NCBI GenBank assembly: GCA_963666485.2
Contig: CAXXUO010000003.1
Coordinates: 1-64,000 of the forward strand
Reading direction: 5' to 3'
Length of the DNA stretch: 64,000 bases
Source of the DNA: Syntrophorhabdaceae bacterium
GTDB taxonomy: Bacteria; Desulfobacterota; Syntrophorhabdia; Syntrophorhabdales; Syntrophorhabdaceae
Part shown: in pieces, positions 54,222 to 64,000 of the stretch
How positions within the stretch are numbered: position 1 is the first letter of the stretch
How the letters are laid out: every line of letters begins with the position of its first letter
Notes under the pieces: generated by a model
Database searches by the model: none
The model's input: only the letters and a program-made list of their open reading frames with translations
Told to the model about the DNA's origin: nothing
Position numbers and translations under genes: made by a program

Positions 54222-55523
54222 ATGAAAGTCCAAGTTGAAGCGCTTGACGGCGTAACGAAGAAAGTCGAAGTTCTTATCCCCGAAGAGGTGATCGCCTCGA
54301 TCAGGGAATCAATCTACGATGAAGTCAGGAAAAATGCGAAGATCAAGGGCTTCAGGCCGGGCAAGGTCCCGAAAGCTATTATAACCCAGTATTACAAGGA
54401 ATACATCGAAGAGGAAACGCGCAAGCGGATGCTCCAGGATACCATGTGGGAGGCGCTGAGAGAGGCGAAGGTCGACCCGATCATCGAGCCTGTGGCGGAC
54501 TTCCTCGAGGGCGATAAAGGTTATACCCTTGAATGCGAGATCCTCCCCGAGATCGAGCTTCCCGAATACAAAGGCATCGAGATCGAGGCGGACCCTGTCG
54601 TCGTGACGGATGCCGATGTCGATTCGCGGATCGAGAACATGCGCGCCTTTCATGCGAGCTTCGAGGCGAAAGAGGGTGAGGCGATCGCCGAAAAGGGCGA
54701 TTTCGTCGTTATCAAGTACCAGGGTTACCTCAACGGCGAACCTGTGAAACAGATCGCTGCGGAGAGCTATCCGCTCGAACTCGGCAACGCTATGCTGATG
54801 CCGGAATTCGAGAACTCGGTGATCGGAATGAAGGCCAACGAGGAGAGGGACATCGAGGTGCCGTTCCCGGATGATTATCCCGACAAGGAGATCGCGGGAA
54901 AGAAAATATCCTTCAAGGTCACAGTCAAGGAAATAAAGCGGAAGGTCCTCCCCGAGCTGAATGATGAGTTTGCGCGGGACATGAGCTATGAGAACCTCGA
55001 CGTTATGAAGGTGGGTGCGCGGGAAGAACTGATCAAGGAAAAGGAGGGCTTCCGCAAGCGCGAACTGACGAACCTGGCGATGGAAGCGCTTATCAAAGAC
55101 CGCGACATCCCGGTACCGAAGCGTTTCCTGGACAAGCGCGTGCAGGGCATGATCGAAGAGGCGCAGTCCCGGTATCAGCAGTCGAATTTCTCGGAAGAAG
55201 AGATGAGGTCGATCACGGAGAATATGCACGAGACCTTCGGGAAGAGGGCCGCGGAACGGATAAAGGTCGAGATCATCCTCGCGCGGATCGCGGAGAAGGA
55301 AGGCCTCAAGGTAGAGGACAGCGAAGTCGAAGAGCGCCTGAAAACAATTGCACAGGACGCCAATAAAACATACAATGAAGTTAAGGGCATTTATGAACAG
55401 TACGGTCTCATGGCGGGCGTCAAAGACCAGATACTGGAAGAGAAGGCCGTGGACCTCGTTCTTGAGAATGCCGTGGTAAAAGCACCGGTGAAGGAGAAGG
55501 AAGAGGTCAAGGAGAAGGAATGA
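54222..55523 (+). CDS. tig: Trigger factor
   Basis: [10 protein letters not shown] ribosome-binding motif, FKBP domain (FPDDYP), ELNDEFA. Confidence 0.95.
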   Translation: MKVQVEALDGVTKKVEVLIPEEVIASIRESIYDEVRKNAKIKGFRPGKVPKAIITQYYKEYIEEETRKRMLQDTMWEALREAKVDPIIEPVADFLEGDKGYTLECEILPEIELPEYKGIEIEADPVVVTDADVDSRIENMRAFHASFEAKEGEAIAEKGDFVVIKYQGYLNGEPVKQIAAESYPLELGNAMLMPEFENSVIGMKANEERDIEVPFPDDYPDKEIAGKKISFKVTVKEIKRKVLPELNDEFARDMSYENLDVMKVGAREELIKEKEGFRKRELTNLAMEALIKDRDIPVPKRFLDKRVQGMIEEAQSRYQQSNFSEEEMRSITENMHETFGKRAAERIKVEIILARIAEKEGLKVEDSEVEERLKTIAQDANKTYNEVKGIYEQYGLMAGVKDQILEEKAVDLVLENAVVKAPVKEKEEVKEKE

Positions 55524-56104
55524 GTTTAGTACCAATAGTCATTGAAAAAGATGGAAGGGGCGAAAGGGCATATGACATATACTCGCGCCTCCTCAAAGAA
55601 CGCATAGTCTTTCTGGGTACCGGCGTTGACGACATGATCGCCAACATCATCATCGCCCAGCTTCTTTTTCTCGAATCGGAGGACCCGTCAAAAGATATCT
55701 ATCTCTACATCAACAGTCCCGGAGGTATCATAACGAGCGGGCTTGCTATCTATGACACGATGCAATATATTAAGGCGCCGGTCGTAACGACCTGCATCGG
55801 CCAGGCTGCAAGCATGGGCGCGGTACTGTTGGCAGGGGGCGAGAAGGGAAAACGTTTTGCGCTGCCCCATTCACGCATCCTTATCCACCAGCCGTTGGGA
55901 GGAGCCCAGGGACAGGCAAGCGACATTGACATCCAGGCACGAGAGATCTTAAGAATGCGGGAATCTATCAACAGTATCCTTGTCAAGCACACCGGGCAGT
56001 CTCTCGAGAAGGTTGCGAAGGACACGGAACGCGATTACTTCATGGATGCCCAGCAGGCCATCGAATATGGTATTGTTGACCAGATCCTTGAGAAGAGGTT
56101 GTAG
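55520..56104 (+). CDS. clpP: ATP-dependent Clp protease proteolytic subunit
   Basis: [34 protein letters not shown]. Confidence 0.97.
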   Translation: MSLVPIVIEKDGRGERAYDIYSRLLKERIVFLGTGVDDMIANIIIAQLLFLESEDPSKDIYLYINSPGGIITSGLAIYDTMQYIKAPVVTTCIGQAASMGAVLLAGGEKGKRFALPHSRILIHQPLGGAQGQASDIDIQAREILRMRESINSILVKHTGQSLEKVAKDTERDYFMDAQQAIEYGIVDQILEKRL

Positions 56105-56107
56105 AAA

Positions 56108-57361
56108 ATGATCAAAAAAACAAACGGCAGGACAATCAAGCTGAACTGCTCTTTCTGCGGGAAGAGCCAGGACGAGGTCAAGAAGCTGATAGCCGGGCCA
56201 ATGGTTTACATATGCGACGAATGCATCGAGCTGTGCAATGAGATTATTCAGGAAGAGGCGAAAAAGGAGCGTTTTGATTATATCAAGACAGCCATCCCCA
56301 AGCCCCATGAGATAAGCAAGCTCCTCGATGATTTCGTCATCGGGCAGGAGCACGCAAAGAAAGTTCTCTCCGTAGCAGTTTACAATCATTACAAGCGGAT
56401 CGAGTCGAAGACTCAGTTCGACGACGTCGAGATCCAGAAAAGCAACATTCTCCTCATCGGCCCCACGGGCTCGGGCAAGACGCTTCTCGCGCAGACACTT
56501 GCGAAGATCCTGCATGTGCCGTTCACGATCGCGGACGCGACGACCCTTACCGAGGCAGGCTACGTCGGCGAGGATGTCGAGAACATCATCCTGTACCTCC
56601 TCCAGTCGGCGGATTACAACGTCGAGCGGGCGGAGCGCGGCATCGTCTATATCGACGAGATCGACAAGATCTCCCGCAAGACAGACAGCCCGTCCATCAC
56701 CCGGGACGTATCGGGCGAAGGCGTGCAGCAGGCGCTTCTCAAGATCATCGAGGGGACGGTCGCCAATGTACCGCCAAAAGGCGGCAGGAAGCATCCCCAG
56801 CAGGATTATATAAAGGTCGACACGTCGAACATCCTTTTCATCTGCGGCGGCGCCTTCCACGGCATCGAAAGCCTGATCGCGAGCAGGATAGGGAAGAAGA
56901 GCATCGGCTTCGGCGTCGACGTCGAAGGCGGGCGGGACAAGATGTACTCCGAACTGCTTCGCGACATCCAGCCGGAAGACCTGTTGAAGTACGGTCTCAT
57001 CCCGGAATTCATCGGCCGTCTGCCGATCACGGCAACGCTCGAGGAGCTCACGGAGGAAAACCTCGTCGAGATCCTGAAACGGCCGAGGAACGCGATCGTC
57101 AAACAGTACAAGAAACTGTTCGATCTCGAGAACGTGAAGCTGACCTTCACGGAAGGTTCGCTCCGCGGCATAGCCAAAGAGGCGATGAAGAAGAAGACGG
57201 GCGCCCGGGGCCTTCGCTCCATCATGGAGAAGGTCATGCTCGACGTCATGTACGAGATACCGTCCCTGTCGAACGTAAAGGAATGTGTTATCAGTGAAGA
57301 GGTCATCGTGAACCACGAGAGACCCATCCTGATATACGAAGAAGAAGCCGAGAGCGCGTGA
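56108..57361 (+). CDS. clpX: ATP-dependent Clp protease ATPase subunit
   Basis: CSFCGKSQ zinc finger, [26 protein letters not shown] loop, TGARGLR. Confidence 0.97.
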   Translation: MIKKTNGRTIKLNCSFCGKSQDEVKKLIAGPMVYICDECIELCNEIIQEEAKKERFDYIKTAIPKPHEISKLLDDFVIGQEHAKKVLSVAVYNHYKRIESKTQFDDVEIQKSNILLIGPTGSGKTLLAQTLAKILHVPFTIADATTLTEAGYVGEDVENIILYLLQSADYNVERAERGIVYIDEIDKISRKTDSPSITRDVSGEGVQQALLKIIEGTVANVPPKGGRKHPQQDYIKVDTSNILFICGGAFHGIESLIASRIGKKSIGFGVDVEGGRDKMYSELLRDIQPEDLLKYGLIPEFIGRLPITATLEELTEENLVEILKRPRNAIVKQYKKLFDLENVKLTFTEGSLRGIAKEAMKKKTGARGLRSIMEKVMLDVMYEIPSLSNVKECVISEEVIVNHERPILIYEEEAESA

Positions 57362-57365
57362 AAGG

Positions 57366-57394
57366 TTGACATTTCACGGTGAACCTGCTATATT
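57366..57394 (+). promoter_or_regulatory. Sigma70 promoter of the tRNA operon
   Basis: TTGACA-N17-TATATT with extended -10 TG. Confidence 0.8.
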
Positions 57395-57404
57395 GAACCC
57401 CACT

Positions 57405-57479
57405 GGGCGGGTAGCTCAGCGGGAGAGCATCGGCCTTACAAGCCGAGGGTCGCAGGTTCAAAACCTGTTCCGCCTACCA
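57405..57479 (+). tRNA. tRNA-Val(TAC)
   Basis: Cloverleaf; anticodon arm TCGGC-CTTACAA-GCCGA; T-loop GTTCAAA; CCA end. Confidence 0.95.
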
Positions 57480-57495
57480 TTTAGAGTAAAAAAGC

Positions 57496-57573
<78 letters not shown>

Positions 57574-57591
57574 TTAAAATAACGATAAAGA

Positions 57592-57620
57592 AGCCCGGGT
57601 TCCCCCCCGGGTTTTTTGTT
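57592..57620 (+). terminator. Rho-independent terminator after the tRNAs
   Basis: CCCGGG-TTCCCC-CCCGGG followed by TTTTTTGTT. Confidence 0.75.
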
Positions 57621-57641
57621 GCAATCAACTCATCCTTCTTT

Positions 57642-57759
57642 CCGTCATTCCGGCGAAGGCCGGAATCCAGGTTTTTTTTCTTTCTTTGGGGAAATGATTC
57701 TGCCTGAAATTTGAAACCCGTGTTTTAAGCACTGGACCCCGGCCTTCGCCGGGGTGACG
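57642..57759. repeat. CGTC-tagged REP doublet (inverted pair, REPIN-like, no gene inside)
   Basis: CCGTCATTCCGGCGAAGGCCGGAATCCAG (57642-57670) and CTGGACCCCGGCCTTCGCCGGGGTGACG (57732-57759). Confidence 0.85.
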
Positions 57760-57872
57760 AAAGAGGCAGTTGGGGTGCGGTTTCGACGCCGTATTGAATA
57801 AAGATACGGATACAGGGTAAACTAAACAATGCCCGCAGTTAAATCATTCCAAGTTGAGGTGCGTCGCCATTT

Positions 57873-59936
57873 ATGAAACTCATCATCTGTATCCATAACC
57901 ATCAGCCGGTCGGCAACATGGACCATATCCTGGAAGAGGCCTATACGCGTTCGTATATGCCGTTTTTCAAGGTCTTGAACAACTTTCCCTCCGTTAAGGT
58001 GAATATCCACTTTACAGGGTTTCTTTTCGACTGGCTTAAGAGGAACAAGCCGGACTATATCGATCTCCTGAAGGAAATGCATGCCAGGGGACAGCTCGAG
58101 ATCGTCTCGGGGGGTGTGTACGAACCGATCCTCGCGCTGCTGCCTTTAGAGGACGCGCTCATGCAGATCAAGCTCCACCGCGACATGATGGAGGAGACGT
58201 TCGGGGTCCGGCCGAAGGGCATGTGGCTTGCGGAGCGGGTCTATGAGCCGCACCTGCCGAAGGTCATGGCGAAGGCGGGCATCGAGTACACGATCATCGA
58301 CGACAATCATTTCACATCGATCGGCCTGAAAGAAGAAGAGCTGTACGGCTATTTCGTAAGTGACTTCCAGGGCGAGAAGATATTTATCTTCCCGGGGCTC
58401 GAGGTGCTCCGGTACGCTATACCGTTCAAGAGCATAGAGAAGGTCGATGAATGTCTCAAGGGGCTGAAAAATGCCGGGGCGGACGTTGCGATATTCGGCG
58501 ACGACGGAGAGAAATTCGGCCTGTGGCCGGGAACGTACGACTATGTCTATGACAAAGAACACTGGCTCGAATCGTTCTTCCGCTACCTGACGGACAATTC
58601 GTCATGGCTCGAAACCGTGCATTTTTCCTACTATATAGCCACCACGCCGCCAAAGGGACGGATATACCTTGCCTGCCAGTCATACAGGGAGATGGAGGAG
58701 TGGTGCCTGCCGCCGGAGCGCGCGCGGGAATACGACAACCTTCTCCATGAGGACAACCTCCCGTACAGGGATTTTTTCAAGGGTGGGTATTACCGGCATT
58801 TTCTGGTCAAGTACAGTGAAAGCAACGACATGCACAAGAAGATGATGCGCCTGTCACAACTGGCCGAGGGCAATCCCGCGGCAAAAGAGCACATCTACAT
58901 GGCGCAGGCCAACGACAGCTACTGGCACGGGGTCTTCGGAGGCCTCTACCTTCCGCACTTAAGGGGTTCCGTGTGGCACCACCTGATCGAGGCAGAAAAG
59001 ATCCTCGACCCGAAGAAACCCTTTGTCGAGGGGTTCATAGAGGACATAAACCTCGACGGCCACGATGAAGCCGTCATACGGAACAACGCGATCGAGGCGA
59101 CGTTCCGCCTGAAAGAGGGCGGCTCCCTCTACGGGCTCGATTTCAAGCCGTCCTCGGTCAATATCATGGCGACGCTCAAAAGGCGGTACGAGGGATACCA
59201 CGAGAAGATAAGAGAGGCGGTTGGGGATGCGTCCGCAGACGGTACAAAGACCATTCACGACATGGTCATGGCGAAGGAAGAGGGGCTCGAGAAATACCTG
59301 CACTATGACTGGTACAGGCGGGCCTCCCTTGTCGATCACGTTCTGGGTACCGGGGCTGCCCTTGACGCATTCTACCGGTGTGAATACGTAGAACCGACCG
59401 ATTTTGTCCGCGAGCCTTACCGGGCCGAGCTCGTAAAGAAGAGCGGGGCGATCGATCTCGTTCTCAGGAGGGAGGGCCACTTCTGGTGGGACGGCGCCAC
59501 ATTCCCGCTCGCGATAGAGAAAAAGGTCGGGATCGTGAAGAAAGGTGCGGCACTGACCGTTGACTACCGCATAACGGGCGGGGTCGAAGTCCCGTTCCTT
59601 GTCGGGGTGGAGTTCAATTTCGGTTTGCTCGGAAGCGGCGGCGACCGCTATATGCAGACGGGCACCGCCATTTACGGCCTGACCCAGCACGGGGTCCTCG
59701 AGGCATCCTCAAGCGTTAAATTGCACGATCCCTACCAGGACATTGACATATTCCTCGAGTTCAGCGAGCCTGCTGAGATCTGGACGTTCCCCGTCGAAGT
59801 CGTGTCCCTGTCCGAAAATGGTTTCGAGCGCAACTACCAGAGCACGATGGTCATGCCCGTATGGCAGGTCCACCTGGCTGAAGGCACGAGGAATATACGC
59901 ATAACATTGCGTCTCGACAAGGCCGGGAAGGCCTGA
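57873..59936 (+). CDS. GH57 alpha-amylase / 4-alpha-glucanotransferase
   Basis: HNHQPVGN, GMWLAERVYEP, FGDDGEKFGLWPGT, AQANDSYWHGVFGGLYLPHLR, SENGFERNYQ. Confidence 0.92.
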   Translation: MKLIICIHNHQPVGNMDHILEEAYTRSYMPFFKVLNNFPSVKVNIHFTGFLFDWLKRNKPDYIDLLKEMHARGQLEIVSGGVYEPILALLPLEDALMQIKLHRDMMEETFGVRPKGMWLAERVYEPHLPKVMAKAGIEYTIIDDNHFTSIGLKEEELYGYFVSDFQGEKIFIFPGLEVLRYAIPFKSIEKVDECLKGLKNAGADVAIFGDDGEKFGLWPGTYDYVYDKEHWLESFFRYLTDNSSWLETVHFSYYIATTPPKGRIYLACQSYREMEEWCLPPERAREYDNLLHEDNLPYRDFFKGGYYRHFLVKYSESNDMHKKMMRLSQLAEGNPAAKEHIYMAQANDSYWHGVFGGLYLPHLRGSVWHHLIEAEKILDPKKPFVEGFIEDINLDGHDEAVIRNNAIEATFRLKEGGSLYGLDFKPSSVNIMATLKRRYEGYHEKIREAVGDASADGTKTIHDMVMAKEEGLEKYLHYDWYRRASLVDHVLGTGAALDAFYRCEYVEPTDFVREPYRAELVKKSGAIDLVLRREGHFWWDGATFPLAIEKKVGIVKKGAALTVDYRITGGVEVPFLVGVEFNFGLLGSGGDRYMQTGTAIYGLTQHGVLEASSSVKLHDPYQDIDIFLEFSEPAEIWTFPVEVVSLSENGFERNYQSTMVMPVWQVHLAEGTRNIRITLRLDKAGKA

Positions 59937-59973
59937 TCCGATCAACCGCCCGTAATAGAGGATCTTAGGGCCG

Positions 59974-60807
59974 ATGCCGAAGGTTTCCGTTATTGTTACG
60001 ACCTTTAACCGGCGCCATTTCCTGCACGACGCCTTTCGGTCGGTCGCAGCGCAGGATTACCGCGACCGCGAGATAATCATCGTCGATGACGGATCGACAG
60101 ATAACACATGTGACGATGCGGCGCAGTTGCCGGCACGCTACATATGGAAAGAAAATGGCGGGATAAGCAGCGCGCGCAACGCCGGGCTCGCCATCGCCGG
60201 CGGGGAGTACATCGCGTTTCTCGACGTCGATGACCGCTGGAAGAAAAAGAAGCTCTCCACGCAGCTCGATGCCATGGAAAGAACCGGCATGCTCCTGTCC
60301 TATACAGATGAGATATGGTTCCGCAACGGCAAGAGGCTCAACCAGAAATTAAGGCACCGCAAGTACTCGGGGATGATATTCGAGCAGTGCCTCCCGCTGT
60401 GTATAATCAGTCCATCCTCGGCGCTCATCCACCGGAGCATTTTCGATACGGTCGGAACATTCGATGAATCCATGCCCGTGTGCGAGGATTACGATATGTG
60501 GCTCCGCATAACATCCCGCTACCCCGTCCTCTTCGTTGAAAAGCCTCTCATCGTAAAGCAGGGCGGCCACGCTGACCAGTTGTCGCGGGCATACGACGGC
60601 ATGGACCGTTTCAGGATCGAAAGCATCGCGCGGATACTGGGCAGCGGGGTGCTTGATCCTGTCTACGCGGAAAAAGCGGTGGGCGAGCTCACGAAAAAAT
60701 GCCGCATCTATGCGGGAGGGGCCTTAAAACGGGGAAAGAAAGAGGAAGCGGAGCATTACCTCGCGCTCGCCGCTTCGTACGCCGCTGCGGATTGCGCTAC
60801 TTCCTGA
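59974..60807 (+). CDS. GT2-family glycosyltransferase
   Basis: VSVIVTTFNR, IVDDGSTD, SARNAG, AFLDVDD, CEDYDMWLR. Confidence 0.9.
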   Translation: MPKVSVIVTTFNRRHFLHDAFRSVAAQDYRDREIIIVDDGSTDNTCDDAAQLPARYIWKENGGISSARNAGLAIAGGEYIAFLDVDDRWKKKKLSTQLDAMERTGMLLSYTDEIWFRNGKRLNQKLRHRKYSGMIFEQCLPLCIISPSSALIHRSIFDTVGTFDESMPVCEDYDMWLRITSRYPVLFVEKPLIVKQGGHADQLSRAYDGMDRFRIESIARILGSGVLDPVYAEKAVGELTKKCRIYAGGALKRGKKEEAEHYLALAASYAAADCATS

Positions 60808-61297
60808 GTTCTGCAAACATTTTATCTATATGCCCTTTGTGGGCGACCGTGTCCGAAATGATCTCATTCACCAGCGTCTGGCATTCTATATCATCCGTCT
60901 TCACGACCTCGTTGTACTTGGCCTCCATAAATGCCTGTTCGTTGTCCCGGGCAATGGCAAGGGCATTGATCAGGGGAACCTGTCCGGCAAGCATTTTCAC
61001 AGTACTCGCCTCGAGCCCCTTTATCAGGGTCTGCGCCGCCATGATATTGAACGGTCTCCCTTTCTCGAAATTCTCCGGTTTCTTCTCTATGATGGCCTTC
61101 ATTTTCTGGATGTTGACTGCGTGCTTACTTTCCTGGTCCGCGATGCCGAACCAGAAAGCCTGCTGGTGGGTAAAGACTTCGCCGCACGCATGGTAATACC
61201 CGGCAACGACCGTCTCGGTCATCTCCATGTATCCGAGGACATCCATAATTCCCTTGAGATCGCCTGCATTGAAAAGGCCCATGATCTTTATTTCCAC
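60797..61297 (-). CDS. Ferritin/rubrerythrin-like helical protein
   Basis: AAGGAG RBS then GTG; helical pattern with E...YY, FW..IADQESKH (ExxH) and later DTVAH. Confidence 0.6.
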   Translation of the reverse strand: MEIKIMGLFNAGDLKGIMDVLGYMEMTETVVAGYYHACGEVFTHQQAFWFGIADQESKHAVNIQKMKAIIEKKPENFEKGRPFNIMAAQTLIKGLEASTVKMLAGQVPLINALAIARDNEQAFMEAKYNEVVKTDDIECQTLVNEIISDTVAHKGHIDKMFAELRK

Positions 61298-61380
61298 TCC
61301 TTATTCGTCTGGATTGCTTAAAAAGCTACCAAAAGCGACACGTTAATTCAACCATAAATAGCGCACATTCCCCGTTCCCC

Positions 61381-61472
61381 CCGTCTTCCCTCTCCCTCCC
61401 CGTCTTCCCTCTCCCTCCCCGTCTTCCCTCTCCCTCCCCGTCTTCCCGGGCTTGACCCGGGACCCAAGGTTT
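61381..61472 (+). repeat. Three perfect 19-bp tandem units followed by CGTC-REP copy A
   Basis: (CCGTCTTCCCTCTCCCTCC)x3 at 61381-61437, then CCGTCTTCCCGGGCTTGACCCGGGACCCAAGGTTT at 61438-61472. Confidence 0.92.
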
Positions 61473-61623
61473 GCCTTTCGCTATCTGATATTGACTTATT
61501 CGGGACATCTCGGTAAAACTATCCAGACACACAAGGCACTTCTCGCACCGTTTTTTCACGGTAATAATTTTTTTTCATTTCCCCCAGCCATTATTTTTTT
61601 TCCGTCTCCCCGATCCTCCTTTT

Positions 61624-61658
61624 CCGTCTTCCCGGGCTTGACCCGGGACCCAAGGTTT
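61624..61658 (+). repeat. CGTC-REP copy B (identical to A)
   Basis: CCGTCTTCCCGGGCTTGACCCGGGACCCAAGGTTT; an extra head unit CCGTCTCCCC lies at 61602. Confidence 0.92.
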
Positions 61659-61757
61659 TGAATATTTTTACGCACCGAGCCACACTATATCGTGCACCTG
61701 TGCAGCCTTAAGCAGTAATTTCAAGATTACCGCAATCGCATAAACGAAAGGAGAACC

Positions 61758-62061
61758 ATGAACAAGCAGCCGTGCGTCTATATACTGACGAACAAAAAGA
61801 ATGGCACCCTGTATGTTGGAGTTTACATCGGATATCCTTAAACGTGTATGGCAACATAAGAATAGGTTCATCGCCGGTTTTACCAAGGATTATGATCTGC
61901 ATATTTTGGTCTGGTTTGAGATTCACGAAACGATGGAATCGGCTATTATACGAGAGAAGAGCATCAAGAGATGGAGGAGGCAATGGAAGTTGGAGCTGGT
62001 TAATAAGCTGAATCCCTACTGGAGCGACCTGTACGATGAATTGGTAAAATCAACAAAATGA
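61758..62061 (+). pseudogene. Small GIY-YIG nuclease (about 100 aa) with a +1 frameshift at about 61822
   Basis: AAGGAG RBS; MNKQPCVYILTNKKNGTLYVGV / TSDILKRVWQHK...FTKDY...LVWFE...AIIREKSIKRWRRQWKLELVNKLNPYWSDL; one extra T in GTTT. Confidence 0.88.
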
Positions 62062-62064
62062 AAA

Positions 62065-62243
62065 AAACCTTGGGTCCCGGGTCAAGCCCGGGAAGACGGA
62101 GGAGGAGGTGAGAAGACGGAGGAGGAGGTGAGAAGACGGAGGAGGAGGTGAGACGAGGGAGAAGGAGGTGGGAAGACGGAGAAGGAGGGTCGGAGTGACG
62201 GATAAACAAAAAGTGGGATGACGGTAGAGAAAGTGGGATGACG
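62065..62243 (-). repeat. CGTC-REP copy C (exact inverse of A/B) plus an array of about seven 19-23 bp purine-rich units, most ending GACG(G)
   Basis: AAACCTTGGGTCCCGGGTCAAGCCCGGGAAGACGG (62065-62099), then (AGGAGGAGGTGAGAAGACGG)x2 and progressively diverged units. Confidence 0.9.
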
Positions 62244-62253
62244 ACAGGCTTAC

Positions 62254-62290
62254 AAACCTTGGACCCCGGTGTCAAGCACCGGGGTGACGG
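62254..62290 (-). repeat. CGTC-REP copy D (variant, same orientation as C)
   Basis: AAACCTTGGACCCCGGTGTCAAGCACCGGGGTGACGG; same TCAA loop, with compensatory stem changes. Confidence 0.88.
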
Positions 62291-62456
62291 GCGGAGAGAA
62301 TTGGGAATGACCAGGAAAGGAAGGTTTTGTCTTTCGCGTTGAACGGTTGGACTGTTGAACGGTTGAACCTGTCTTTTCCGTCAATTGCTTGATTAATAGC
62401 GCCAACCCCTGTATATTTTCGATACGCAAAAACCCCTGTTTTAAAGGAGCCTTCAC

Positions 62457-64000
62457 ATGCCGTATGATGCGACGAAGATGGCGGACTGGGAGATATCGGA
62501 AGCCGCCGAAGAGAAGATGAAGACCATCTGGCAGCTGCGCGACGAGATGGGGCTTCAGGGAGACGAGGTGATCCCCTATGGGAAAATGGGCCGCCTCAAC
62601 TACGCCGCTATCATGGGCCGGCTTAATTCGCGGCCGAACGGAAAATATATCGATGTGACGGCGATAACGCCGACGCCGCTCGGCGAGGGCAAGACAACGA
62701 CGACGATTGGCCTTCTCGAAGGCCTGGGGAAAAGAGGCCAGCTTGTGGGCGGCGCGATACGCCAGCCGTCGACCGGGCCGACGATGAACGTGAAAGGCAG
62801 CGCCGGCGGCGGGGGAAATGCTCAGGTCGTTCCCCTGACGGAATTTTCCCTTGGCTTGACCGGGGACATCGACCGCATCATGAACGCGCACAATATCGCA
62901 ATGGTAGCGCTTACGGCGCGGATGCAGCACGAGCGCAACTATGGTGACAGGGAGTTGGAAAAGAGGGGGCTCAAGCGCCTCGACGTCGACCCCACGAACA
63001 TCCAGATGGGCTGGGTCATCGATTTCTGCGCCCAGGCACTGCGCAACATCGTTGTCGGCATGGGCGGAAGGATGGATGGTTTCACGATGCAGTCCCATTT
63101 CGATATCGGGGTGAGCTCCGAGCTCATGGCGATCCTGTCCATCGTGCGGGACCTCAAAGACCTTCGCAAGCGCATCGGCGAGATCACCGTTGCGTACCGC
63201 AAGAACGGCGAGCCGGTAACGGCGGAGGACCTCGAGGTTGCCGGGGCGATGTGCGCGATCATGAAGGACACGATCAACCCGACGCTCATGCAGACGGTCG
63301 AAGGCCAGCCGATGATGGTACACGCGGGGCCTTTTGCAAATATAGCGATAGGTCAGTCGTCCATAATCGCAGACCTCCTGGGGCTCAAGCTCTTCGATTA
63401 CCATGTCACGGAGAGCGGTTTCGGTGCAGACATCGGTTTCGAGAAGTTCTGGAACGTCAAATGCCGCTTAAGCGGCCTCAAGCCCAACGTTTCCGTGATA
63501 ACGGCGACGATACGCGCTCTCAAGATGCACGGCGGCGGCCCCCGCGTCGCGCCCGGCATCCCGCTTCCCAGGGAATATACGAACGAGGACCTGAACCTCC
63601 TCGAAAAAGGCATTCCCAATCTCCTCCACCACATCCGCATCGTCAAGATGTCCGGCATGAAGCCCGTCGTTTGCATAAACAAGTTCACGACGGACACGAA
63701 AGACGAGATCGCCCTCGTTCGCCGGTTCGCTGAAAGCGAAGGGGCCCGTGTCGCCGTCTCCGAGCAATGGCTCAAAGGCGGGGAAGGGGCATTGGAACTC
63801 GCCGATGCCGTGATTGACGCATGCAGCGAAAATGTTGAGTTCAACTATCTCTACCCCCTGGAGATGCCCCTCATGCAGAGGGTCGACGTCATAGCCAAGA
63901 ACGTCTACGGCGCCGATAGCGTCCTGTGGATCCCCGAAGCGGAAGAAAAAGCCCGCCGCCTCGAGAACGACCCGGCCAAAAGCGACTACTTCACCATGAT
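62457..64000 (+). CDS. fhs: Formate--tetrahydrofolate ligase (runs off the window end)
   Basis: [22 protein letters not shown]...[57 protein letters not shown]. Confidence 0.95.
   Translation, partial: MPYDATKMADWEISEAAEEKMKTIWQLRDEMGLQGDEVIPYGKMGRLNYAAIMGRLNSRPNGKYIDVTAITPTPLGEGKTTTTIGLLEGLGKRGQLVGGAIRQPSTGPTMNVKGSAGGGGNAQVVPLTEFSLGLTGDIDRIMNAHNIAMVALTARMQHERNYGDRELEKRGLKRLDVDPTNIQMGWVIDFCAQALRNIVVGMGGRMDGFTMQSHFDIGVSSELMAILSIVRDLKDLRKRIGEITVAYRKNGEPVTAEDLEVAGAMCAIMKDTINPTLMQTVEGQPMMVHAGPFANIAIGQSSIIADLLGLKLFDYHVTESGFGADIGFEKFWNVKCRLSGLKPNVSVITATIRALKMHGGGPRVAPGIPLPREYTNEDLNLLEKGIPNLLHHIRIVKMSGMKPVVCINKFTTDTKDEIALVRRFAESEGARVAVSEQWLKGGEGALELADAVIDACSENVEFNYLYPLEMPLMQRVDVIAKNVYGADSVLWIPEAEEKARRLENDPAKSDYFTM

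Noticed and set aside
62100..62243. Possible CRISPR array
   Set aside because: The period is only about 20 bp, the units are near-identical low-complexity purine tracts without unique spacers, and there are no cas genes.
62338..62370. GTTGAACG/GTTGGACT 8-bp imperfect tandem repeat before fhs
   Set aside because: It is short and degenerate, like the 7-mer repeat at 54096; no function can be supported.

Overview
Two unrelated bacterial segments meet at about 53,995. (1) 1-53,995 is very GC-rich and looks like Desulfovibrionaceae (Solidesulfovibrio-like) chromosome. In order it carries: a PilZ-like gene plus motAB; metX/metW; ppsA-pyc-birA; cca; a cobalamin-riboswitch-led cbiK/ABC/cbiL operon; selB-aminopeptidase-selA-folC; and a roughly 10.5 kb accessory locus (tonB, DUF364, TonB-dependent receptor, ECF transporter, radical SAM, unknown protein, mop) that shares a repeated CACG-N14-CGTGACAG motif resembling Mo/W (TunR/ModE-type) operators. 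Then follow hypA/B, rsmD, coaD, miaA, an amidase, tatA, yggT/divIVA/yggU, ilvBNC and a SemiSWEET, ending in a truncated acs. Many genes at 17-18 kb and 38-54 kb carry single-base frameshifts that are most likely sequencing or assembly errors. (2) 53,995-64,000 has clearly lower GC and is a different deltaproteobacterial-type genome (Syntrophorhabdus-like is a guess): tig-clpP-clpX, tRNA-Val and tRNA-Asp, a GH57 enzyme, a GT2, a ferritin-like protein and a partial fhs. It also holds the most striking structure in the window: a small GIY-YIG nuclease gene bracketed by inverted CGTC-tagged palindromic repeats with tandem tag arrays, plus a gene-less doublet of a related repeat 4 kb away. This looks like a REPtron-like element with a GIY-YIG nuclease in place of a RAYT. 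All calls come from motif recognition by eye; no searches were run.
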